Origin: Octopus bimaculoides
Taxonomy: Eukaryota
Assembly (NCBI RefSeq): GCF_001194135.2
Contig: NC_068985.1
Span: 7,548,243 to 7,588,050 of the forward strand
Reading direction: 5' to 3'
DNA: 39,808 nt
Position 1 is the stretch's first letter. The number at the start of each line of letters is the position of its first letter. The notes under the pieces were generated by a model. That model was not told the DNA's origin. It was given only the letters and a program-made list of their open reading frames with translations, and made no database searches. Shown piece after piece: positions 25,301 to 34,300 of this stretch. The translations under genes were made by a program, and so were the position numbers.

Positions 25301-27851
25301 CGGCTCTGAGTACAAATGCCTTGTTTTCATAAGTTCTGAATTAAAATCTACCACCAAACTTTAGTCCCAATTTATGTTCTTAACACTAGCTTAATGATAA
25401 CTAAATTATTTTACTTAATTCTTTGTTGTATTTAAAATTAATTGAAGGAACCACAGAGCATCTCAACAGAAATACAACAACGAAAGGGTTAAACAACAGA
25501 TTTTCTTTATACATAAAAATCTTTTCTATCAAAGGCACAAAGCCTGAAATTTGGGTGAGGAAGGGGGATAGTCAACTAGTATTTATTTTATCAACCCCGA
25601 AAGGATGAGAAGTAGAGTTGACTTTGTTGGAATTTGAACTCAGAATGTAAATTTAGAATAAACGCTGTTAAGCATTTTGTCCAGAAAGAAGGAAGAGTTG
25701 AAGACCTCAAACTGGAGACTGTACCCAAATGCTTACAACAGAGACGACCCCTTCAACAAAATCACCTAATGTGGCATGTGGTGGATTAAGTGAACCATCC
25801 AAGAAGCCCATGGTAGGATTCGAACTCAGTTTGTAGAGTTTAATGAACAGTGTAAAGCATCCATCCTGACGTTCTTAGTTCCACCAATCCACTGCCCCTA
25901 TTCATACTTTTTTATTGACTCCAAAAAGATAAAAAGCAGAGTTGGCCTCAGTAGGATTTGAGCTTGAAGTGCAGAGAATCAGAAATGTTGCAAAATATTC
26001 TGTCTGCTACTCTAATGACTCTGCCAACTTACCTCATTGGAACCAAAGAGGTCAGTAGCAATCATAGGATGGACACAGCTGTTGTGCCCAGGCAAATAAA
26101 AAAAACAAGTAATAATGAAGTGCACTTCCCAACAACCACAGTACAACCTTTTGTAGCTCAGTGGCCCTTTCACAGGAGAGTTTTTTCACAAATGCAATTT
26201 AACCCAATATTTCACAAAGAAAAACAAAATCCAAAGATCATTTTAATGAAAGAGAAGTGGTCCTGCAGGGTTTTATTTTTCTTGGCAATATAATCTTATA
26301 TACTTTTTGCTTTTTTAATAAAAAACAAACATTCGTATATACATATACATGTATTTGTGTGTGTGTCCGGTTATATTGAAAACGTTGATCCGAAAGGCTT
26401 ACACCATACTTTTGTAGAGTTTTTAATTCATCATTCTTTACCAAGAATAATAATGACAGTGATTTTATGAGGAAGGGAAGAACAGAGGAAGGAAGATATA
26501 TTCAAACTACAGATCTCACTCAAACACTTGCAACAGAATGGACTCCACTAAAGGTGCCCCAAAAGCAGACGATGGTGTTAAACCAGTAGACAGATAAAGT
26601 TTACACAAATAGTTTTCTGAAAAAAATATGGCCTTCTTCAACGCACATGACTTTTTTCCTGCTTTTAGTACGGATATGAAGCTCACTGAAGACCTGGGTA
26701 CCTCGTTATGCAAATGGATACCTACGGAATGTGATCTTGGAAATAAAGAAGGAAGACATCAAATCGTATAAGAATAGTACCTATAAGATCTTATTGAATA
26801 TATACCAGACCATCAAGTTTTCTTTTCTATTTTGTAATAGCTACAGACGGCGGTACTACTAAAGCAGCGCGCACCCGAACGCGCAGTCGCGCTAGTTAGT
26901 CGTGAGTGGTCGATCCTAACCCTAACCCTAAACACGTATTCATTTGCACACGCGGGTTAGGGATAGGGTTAGAGTTAGGGTTAGGGTTAGAGTTAGGGTT
27001 AGGGATAGGGTTAGGGTTAGGATCGACCACTCAAGACTAGCTAGCACGGACGCGCGACTGCGCGTTCGGGTCCGCGCTGCTTTAGTAGTACCCAGACGGT
27101 GATTTGGTAATACTGGTAATAAACTATAAAGTTTATAGATTAACAGTAAAGTACATATTAATTGTATGTCTCTAATTTAAGGAGAAAAACGCGGCAAATG
27201 GAAGATTTTAAAAAAACTGGAATATTTTAGATACAAATTTGAAAATTAAATTAATTAATCTACTTACTCTGGACATTTTTCTGTTACATTTGGTTTCGTT
27301 GGTTCATCATCGTCGTTTGACGATGAAGAACTAAGAGATGAAGAGGGGTCGCTCTCATTGTCCGAAGTAACTTTGTCATCAACATTACCAGAGCGATAAA
27401 TTGTGTGATTTGCATTTAAATGAAGGTCCACGTTAACTGCATTCTGCTTTGACGGCTCACATTTCTTCTCTACACCCATGGAAACCGGGTTGTTGGCAGC
27501 ATTACTGATAATTCCTTCTTCCTTACCAACATTTAGAGTATTCTCTTCATTAATATGTACGATAATATTTTCTTCGTCATCAACGCTTGCCGCAACGGAT
27601 TCTTCGTTAACAACTGTATCAATCATCTTTTTGTCATCAACATCTTTGTTAGATACAGGTGTGACAGAGACTTTGTTAACACCGTCATTTCTGGGATTAT
27701 CATTACAGTTATTTGCCGTTGTATCATCTTTCAAGCTATCATTTTCTCTGGTGTTACTTGGTACATCCAACGTTGATTCTGCGTCAGTATCTCTAACTTC
27801 TGTTAATATAACATCTTTAAAAGTAGATTCTTTCGGATCGTTTAAATCCAT
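10213..27851 (-). CDS. NAF1: H/ACA ribonucleoprotein assembly factor NAF1, 9 coding exons: 27851-27268, 25159-25108, 22629-22536, 20666-20581, 18696-18536, 17974-17923, 16101-15950, 14353-14301, 11099-10213 (2121 nt, about 706 aa)
   Basis: All introns are GT-AG with compatible phases. The spliced core reads KPKVKGELGIEDLPPIEELKI...VGLISTIIDTLVVVQSLE...LNDDSILFLKDRTSLGQVFEIFGPVRNPMYSVRFN...IYYAPKELKYTNYVFVQDLMKQKGSDASWEHDLEPPDKFLDYSDDEKER, the recognisable Gar1/Naf1 domain plus the GSDASW and DYSDDE motifs of NAF1. Confidence 0.95.
11884..11929 (-). ncRNA. Minimal type I hammerhead ribozyme motif (copy D, intact; sense to NAF1 intron 8)
   Basis: Reverse complement reads GACAC-CTGATGA-A-GGCTG-GAGGGTATAT-CAGCC-GAAA-CGTT-GTGTT. 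Confidence 0.78.
12316..12361 (+). ncRNA. Minimal type I hammerhead ribozyme motif (copy E)
   Basis: GACAC-CTGATGA-A-GGCTG-GAGGGTGTAT-CAGCC-GAAA-CGTT-GTGTA: core intact, 4-bp helix I. Confidence 0.75.
13243..13600 (+). mobile_element. High-copy SINE-like repeat ending AACCCATGCCAGCATGGAAAGCGGACGTTAAAC(GAT)n, with internal GTGCCAGTGGCACGTAAAAAGCACC subrepeats
   Basis: Representative copy. Others at about 8110-8357(+), 13868-14080(+), 16350-16770(+), 19395-19582(+), 20307-20455(-), 22700-22880(-), 23675-23830(-), 24520-24715(-), 24845-24985(-), 33920-34210(+), 37010-37200(-) and 38515-38850(-). Confidence 0.75.
14301..14353 (-). CDS. NAF1: NAF1 exon 8 (NDSPVTQKNSKNYKKKS)
   Basis: TTTTTTACAG acceptor, GTAACG donor, 53 nt. 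It supplies the phase 2 to 1 shift needed to open the last exon in frame. Confidence 0.8.
14415..14570 (+). mobile_element. tRNA-derived SINE, second family (GTGTGGTAAGAAG...GGTTCAGTCCCAC...CTTGGGCAAGTGTCTTCTAC...GAAACTGAAAGAAG then microsatellite)
   Basis: Representative copy. Similar copies at about 358-525(-), 5620-6135(+, interrupted by a roughly 345-bp insertion), 15112-15260(+), 19582-19745(-), 24040-24145(+), 24362-24520(-), 31120-31285(+) and 34235-34385(+). Confidence 0.75.
15377..15580. mobile_element. Tigger/pogo-like MITE
   Basis: TA|CAGTAATCCCTCG ... GGAGGGGTTACGG|TA: imperfect TIRs with TA flanks. Confidence 0.55.
15705..15842. mobile_element. Tc1/mariner-superfamily MITE
   Basis: TACCTTATTTTAATGTGTATAAG ... 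CTTATACATGTTAAAATATAGTA: imperfect TIRs with TA flanks. Confidence 0.45.
15950..16101 (-). CDS. NAF1: NAF1 exon 7 (FLDYSDDEKERLMKKNKKKSR...NPFYL)
   Basis: CATTTAG acceptor, GTAAGG donor, 152 nt; DYSDDE motif followed by a basic NLS-like stretch. Confidence 0.92.
17923..17974 (-). CDS. NAF1: NAF1 exon 6 (QKGSDASWEHDLEPPDK)
   Basis: CCCTCTAG acceptor, GTTAGA donor, 52 nt, GSDASW motif. Confidence 0.95.
18536..18696 (-). CDS. NAF1: NAF1 exon 5 (VFEIFGPVRNPMYSVRF...YVFVQDLM)
   Basis: CTAACAG acceptor, GTAAGT donor, 161 nt; carries the hallmark Gar1/Naf1 motif EIFGPVxxPxYxVRF. Confidence 0.97.
20581..20666 (-). CDS. NAF1: NAF1 exon 4 (VVVQSLESESSPLNDDSILFLKDRTSLGQ)
   Basis: TTTTCCAG acceptor, GTAGGA donor, 86 nt, phase 1 to 0. 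Confidence 0.93.
22536..22629 (-). CDS. NAF1: NAF1 exon 3 (DLPPIEELKITADDKVQLVCVGLISTIIDTL)
   Basis: TTTAAAG acceptor, GTAAGT donor, 94 nt, conserved DLPPxEEL motif. Confidence 0.95.
25108..25159 (-). CDS. NAF1: NAF1 exon 2 (EKKIIEKPKVKGELGIE)
   Basis: TTTTAG acceptor, GTAAGA donor, 52 nt, phase 2 to 0. Confidence 0.9.
25274..25488. mobile_element. piggyBac-like MITE (TTAA|CCCTTT...AAAGGG|TTAA), about 215 bp
   Basis: TTAA TSD on both sides. Related copies at 22058-22268, tandem at 31940-32163 and 32195-32412, and about 38917-39126. Confidence 0.8.
26852..27092. mobile_element. GG-terminal MITE (Merlin-like) containing telomeric TTAGGG repeats, in NAF1 intron 1
   Basis: About 80-bp GC-rich TIRs (GGTACTACTAAAGCAGCGCG...), 8-bp TSD CAGACGGC / CAGACGGT, and about 11 TTAGGG-like units at 26955-27020. 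Confidence 0.8.
27268..27851 (-). CDS. NAF1: NAF1 exon 1 (acidic, low-complexity N-terminal region with Ser/Asp run)
   Basis: ORF MDLNDPKE...SSSLSSSSSNDDDEPTKPNVTEKCP ends at a GA|GTAAGT donor (GT at 27267-27266), phase 2, which matches the next exon. Confidence 0.85.
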
Positions 27852-28331
27852 GTTGGGAAAACGCTAACAAAGACTTTTTTAATCAACAAGAGACTTTATA
27901 AAGTTAAGAAATATCCATGTGAACCACTAAACATTTGCTTCTCGTTTTTAAGGTAGCGGAATCATACAAAAATAAGTTTAATTTGAATTTTGTTTATCAA
28001 ACGTGTCGGTTAAAAATCAAAACATATATGTCGTTTCGTAACGCTTTTTTTTTTCTTTTTAGCTTTCCGGATATATTTCAAAACTGCAATTAAATTTACC
28101 TTTTAAGCAATAATTTTACAGAGCAGGATAGTGGAAACCGGTCCAGGACCCAGCAAAACAGACAACGACACGTGCTTCCTGCGAGGCAGTTCCAGTGATA
28201 AGGGGGGATAACTCTAATGTTATATAATTAACGCATGCGCACTATCCTTTTGACCCCGCATGGTGACTCTGTGAGGAGATTGTATATTAGCAATAAGGGT
28301 TTAAGGTCGTTTAACAGAATTATCTAGGGAA
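27852..28331. promoter_or_regulatory. Shared bidirectional promoter / 5' UTR region of NAF1 and TIMM23
   Basis: The divergent ATGs are 480 bp apart. The interval contains ACGCATGCGCA (28231-28241, NRF1-like), a CACGTG E-box (28169-28174) and an adjacent CTTCCTG ETS-like core. Confidence 0.7.
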
Positions 28332-31300
28332 ATGGACAGCGGTGGAGATCCTTCGTCGAGAAGAACATTCTTCAATCCATATTCCAGTTCTGATCCAACT
28401 ATGTCAGCTGGAGGTATTTATGATTTATATAATATTCTTTGTTAAACCAATTAGTTATTGTCGCGTACTTGACAACTTGACCTTTAATTACTAGAACAAT
28501 TCTCATATCGATTATACCAGCGATTTTCTGTTTTACCTTTGAATTTAAATATAACAAATAATGTGTTAGAGGCACCTAATTTACAAATTTCGCAGTTCTA
28601 ATTCAAGATAATTATAAAAATCGCCTTTCTATTGGTAATTTATTATGTGTTGTCTGTACATTAGTCGCTTTGTACATTGTGGTGTGGTGTATATATATAT
28701 ATACACTCTCATACAAACACACACACATGTTCCTTGATATTGTTTTTAATTGTCGAATGTCTTCTGGTTATTAACTTTTGTCTGCAATATCAGAGAAACA
28801 TCCGCTTGTTCGTGCGCAATATGAGTGTGCGCGAGTTAGTATTAATAACTAAAGTGCTTCTATTATTAAATCAAAGATGACAGAAGTCATTACTATGCTC
28901 TCAGAGTCTACCTTTTAGTCAAGATTTTGAATAAATAACTTCATTTGTATGATTTGCTGATATCAAACTGTCTAAAGAATTCCATACGCTTGATATGGAT
29001 GTTGAGCTTGTTGAACCATTGCATTCGTTTATGTATTCAGCTAGTATGTTACATCATCAAATTAGAAACCCTTGCTAATTCTATGTATTCAGTTTTGTTT
29101 TAATTATATTTCAGTCAAGTGTGTATAATCCCACTTATAACTTCCATTTCCTTTCCAGTTTCGGCCGGGGGCATGGGTAGTGTAATGTCACCGTACCTAA
29201 ATTTCGATCCAGCGTATATTGGAGCAGTAAGTTTTGTTATTTGTTTTATTTTTTCACAGTAGTTCAGGTGTTGTGATAGTTGACTTTCCTTTTCCCGAGA
29301 TCGATACGTACAAATCGGGTACTACTGATGACGTTTTAATCAACTATTTATTTCTTAGTTGTTCTTCCAGTGTCCGGTTCCAATACTTTATGATGTTTAG
29401 TTACATCCGTTTTCGTTCCGTTTTTTAAATCCTGCCAGGATTTACTTCGTTAGTACCAGTCAAATACTGACATTTAAACCAACAACTAATCCAAAAATAT
29501 ACAGCCTTGTATTAGAAATCATTACATTCGATATCTAATTCTTGTTTTCTTATTTTCTCATGTTTTATTATTTAATTGCTTCATGCCAATCAGTATTTTT
29601 TTACTATTATTGTCGGGAAGAAATTATTTCACACACTAACCATACATCATTTATGGTAACTTCTAATGCAGAGTGTTTTTTCTCGTTTTACTTAAAACTG
29701 GCCTCGAATGACCCGAGAAAGTATTTGGGTATTGGAATCGATAGCCAGACACAATTGCACTTGAACTTGATAAGAGAAATGAAAGTACCATGAATAGGTA
29801 GTGGATGATCATTAACCAAGTAATTAGAATATGCCTTCCCTTTTTATAATCATAAAGAATATTGTCTATTACTTTAAATTGATTTTGAAAATAATCAAAA
29901 ATTTGATTTATGTAATACAAATAAGACTTCTTGGCAGTTTTCTGCCATTGACATTATATCCCAATCTTCATAATCTTCAAGGACCACCAAAAAGAATTTG
30001 ATTTTGTCAGTCCAAGCAATGATGACAATTATAAGAAAGCAAGGTTTTACGATACATCTGCCAGCATGCTACAGCTTTTATCATTATACACAAATTTCTG
30101 CTAAGAATGAGTAAAAGATAGTGAGATTCTGTTTCCTCAAGACTACCTAAAAGCTGTTCACAACATACTTAGCAGTGATTTTAAAAAACTTCACTTGCAG
30201 GCAAAATAGAATGAAAAAGTCAGATGCAAATTTTGTAATATATCCTGGGTTCTCGTTTTAAGAGATCCAACCAAACTTCAAACTATGTCAGAACAACTAA
30301 ACACAGAAATTATTGTAGTAGGACGAAGAATGAATGTTAAAAAACAATATTCAACAAAAATCATTGAACTCCATCAGACCCATGCATGAAAAAGTGGACA
30401 TTAACATGTTGATAGACACAGGCAGGGTCAAGAAGTTTTGGGTTCAGTTCCAATGTGTGGCACTTCAGGCAAGTGTTTTCTACTATAGCTGGGCCTGACC
30501 ATATGTATGTGTGTTTGTTTCACCTTATTTTAACATTGAATTATAATTGTAAATGAGGTCACTGTCATAAAAAGCAACAGGAAGGGCAACTGGTTCTAGA
30601 AAATTTGTCTTGATGAATTTCATCTGACTCATGCGAGCAGAAATAAGTGAACATTAAAACTCTGGTGGTTGAGGAACTAATATATGAAGTTCTTGATATC
30701 AAAGTGAAGAATTAGTAAAGAGCACTTCAGTCCACTTCCAACAACACAACCAGATAAATAAATAAAATGGTGAATTATTTTGATAAAGCAAACCTTATGA
30801 AGGGCAAGTTCCATTTTTAAAAGCAAAATCAGTGGAACGGCTGGCACAGGTGAATGGAGTGCAGTGGTATGGGCATGTGTTGAGGAGGGTGCTTGAGTTT
30901 GAGGTAAATGGACAGCGAATGCAAGGTAGACATAGGAAAATGTGGAGGAGGAGATTGGGAGGGTTGGCTTGAGAAGGGAGGATGCCCAAAACCGGGTGTG
31001 AGGGTGGTTGCTATGGTTTTGAGATAGATCCGGCCACCCCCCGTTAACGGGGACAAAACTCGGATTTAAAATGATGGATGGATGAAAATCTCCCTAAACC
31101 TTAAAAGATGAGCTTACAGGTGCAGGAGTGGCTATGTGGTATGAAGTCTGCTTACTAATCTCATGTTCCTGGGTTCAGTCCCCCTGTAAAACACCTTGAG
31201 TAAGTGTCATCTACTGTAACCTCAAGTCAGCTAAAGCCTTGTGAGTGGATTTCGTAGATAGAAACTGAAAGAGGCCAATCATATATATATATGTCTTTGT

Positions 31301-34300
31301 GATTGCCCATAACTTAGCTGTCTGGCAAACGAGACTGATAGAATAACTACCAAGCTTTAAAAAAGAAGTACTGAGATCAATTCATTCGACTAAAAATTCT
31401 TCAAGGCAGTACTCCAGCACGGCCACAGTCTAATGACAAACAAGTGAAAGATAAAATCAATGAGTCATTTCGACAATTTCTGGTGGGGCAGAAAGATGAA
31501 AGTTAGCAAATGACATAACTTGCAAGTAAAGAACAGCCCAACATGTTCGCAAGCACATTGTGGTTTGATAAAACAGGGAGAGAGACCCCACAAAACAATG
31601 AAATGACTCTGGTAACATACAATACTAAATAACATCATCAGATTTATAAAATTGTTTGGACAGTGTTAAGCTGGTTGCATTCAGGAGATTAGATTCTAAG
31701 AGACCTTAAAAGAAACACGATGACTATGAACAAACATTACTGTGCTTGAGGAGACCTATTGAGTCAAGTAAAATCAAATATAATCACAATCAATTAAACT
31801 TGCATTATCTTGCAGTCTTAAGATTTTGCTGATGTGATTTGTATTTAGAATGAAATTGTTGGGTAGGTTTGAGGGGCTGGATCTGGCCAGCTCAAGATTA
31901 AAACATGTAGAATATTTTAGCCAGATATGGCTGGTTTAACCCTTTTGTTACCATATTTCTATTGAGACGTTCTGTGTTTTTTTTTCAATTAATTTTAAAT
32001 ATAACAAAGAATTTAGTAAAATAACCTTGTTAACATTAAGCTAGTGTTAGGAACATAAATTGTGACTAAGGTTTGGTGGAAGATTTTCATTCAAAACTTA
32101 TGAAAACAAAACATTTGTACTACAGAGCCAGAGGTAGTTTCAGCCAGGTTGTTAATGAAGGGGTTAAGAATTGTTTCTCTATTTTATATTTTAACCCTTT
32201 TGTGACCATATTTCTCTTGAGATGCTCTCTGTTTCTTTCAATTAATTTTAAATATAACAGAATTTAGTAAAATAACTTAGTTATCATTCAGCTTGTGGTA
32301 GGAACATAGATTGTGACTAAGGTTTGGTAGAAGATTTGAATTCAAAACATGAAGACAAGACATTTGTACTACAGAGTCAGAGGCAGTTTCAGGCAGATTG
32401 GTAGCAAAATGGTTAAATGCTAAAGACAATTTACTTGCTGGAAGCTGTAAAAGAATGTTAACCCTTATATTTTTATTATCTCCTCAAATTTCATAAATAT
32501 CCTACATTTCTACCACTGCCATTGTCTTAAACCTTTTCTGTTTGTCTCATTTTGCAGGACAGTGGATCAGACTTCATTTTCCCAGAAGGTGCAAGTCGAC
32601 AACGTGGTAGACTTGAACTAGCTTTCTCTCAGATTGGAGGTTCTGTATTTGCAGGTAAAGTTCTTGATCAAAAATCTCAGGCATGATTGGTTACAAAGTG
32701 GACTTCACAACCACATGGTTTCTGTTTTGATCCTATTCTATTGCAATTTGGGTGTCGTCTCCTAAAGCCTTGGGACAACAAATACCTTGGGAGAGAAATT
32801 CAGCAAGTGGAAATCGTGCGAATGTGCATCATGCTTCCATGCTGCTCTGTGTTTCTTAAATGGTTTATAAATACCTTCCACGCTGCAATTCTTTTTGTTC
32901 CAGCACACGATCTCAGATCAGGTTACTTGCTATGCAAGTACATCTCCGTAATTCATTATTATTATTAATCATAAACAATTTAATGAGATGAATTTGAACA
33001 CTTTGGCCCTTTTGAACGTAAAACGTGTAGAATATTTGGGCTGGATAGGGTTGTTTTAAATGCTAAAGGATTAAGGAACTCGTGGTAATTAAAGGATATA
33101 AATTTATTTTGTTTTTTGTCTTANNNNNNNNNNNNNNNNNNNNNNNNNNNNNNNNNNNNNNNNNNNNNNNNNNNNNNNNNNNNNNNNNNNNNNNNNNNNN
33201 NNNNNNNNNNNNNNNNNNNNNNNNNNNNNNNNNNNNNNNNNNNNNNNNNNNNNNNNNNNNNNNNNNNNNNNNNNNNNNNNNNNNNNNNNNNNNNNNNNNN
33301 NNNNNNNNNNNNNNNNNNNNNNNNNNNNNNNNNNNNNNNNNNNNNNNNNNNNNNNNNNNNNNNNNNNNNNNNNNNNNNNNNNNTAAATAGAAACATTATT
33401 ATTTCTAAATCTCTCAAAGAGAGATATTCAGTGTAACAGCTCTTTAAAGTAAAGGCTATTTGCCAACATAATGTGGCAGTCCTGGATGGGACTAATGTTA
33501 ATGTTGTTTAGCCCAGGAAACGATGTTTCTAGCTGGTTGTACGACACAATATCTGTGTCCTTATATTTCCGAACAGGGGAGCTCAACACCCCCATCCAGC
33601 ACAAAGCAACATCTGTAGACTGGTTTCTGGGTTATTTCGAATGGGAATTCAGCAGCACCATCTAGCCGAGAAACTACTCAGTGCTGATAAAGGGCAATAA
33701 CCCAGAAACCGGTCCACAGATGTTGCTTTGTGCTGGTTGGGGGTAATGAGCACCCCTGTTCGAAAATATAAGGACACAGATATTGTGTCGTATTGCCAGC
33801 TGGAACCAACATTTCCTGGGGTTAAATAACAGTAACATTCATCCCATCCAGGACTGCCACATTATGTTGGTGTAACACTCCACTTGTACTCTTTTCTGTT
33901 TTTCTTCACATAAACATCTCCAGTGCTGATGCCATGTAAAAAGCACCCAGTCCACTCTGCTGGGTCGTTGGCATTTGGAAGGGCATAAGGGCATCCAACT
34001 GGAAAAACCTTGCCAAAACTGACCTCGTCTGTGCTTGTGCCACATAAAAAAAAACCACTCAGTCCACTCTGCTGGGTGGTTGGGGTTAGGAAGGGCCATA
34101 GAACCATGCCAAAACAGTTACAGAATTCTTGTGCTGTCTTCTGACTAGCCAGCTCCTGTCAAACCGTCCCACCCATGCCAGCATGGAAGGTGGACGTTAA
34201 ACGATGATGATAAAACAGGTCTATATGCACAAGTATAGCTGTGTGGTTAAGAAGTTTGGTTCCCAACCACATGATCTTGGGTTCAGTCCCACTCCATGGC

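Noticed and set aside
26470-26810. Coding-looking plus-strand stretch in NAF1 intron 1 (…WVPRYANGYLRNVILEIKKEDIK…)
   Set aside because: Interrupted by stops, with no splice pair or family I can recognise. Probably a TE relic; tBLASTx would be needed.
26915-27021. True telomere or chromosome fusion site (CCCTAA and TTAGGG arrays facing each other)
   Set aside because: The arrays are short and enclosed by MITE TIRs and a TSD within an intron.
11100-27267. Intronic snoRNAs in NAF1 (H/ACA pathway genes often host them)
   Set aside because: No convincing hairpin-H-hairpin-ACA or C/D box pair with terminal stem was seen by eye in the stretches examined. A snoGPS or Infernal scan would be needed to exclude them.
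27478-27867. 129-aa plus-strand Ser/Leu-rich ORF
   Set aside because: It is antisense to NAF1 exon 1 and explained by that exon's codon composition; there is no independent support.
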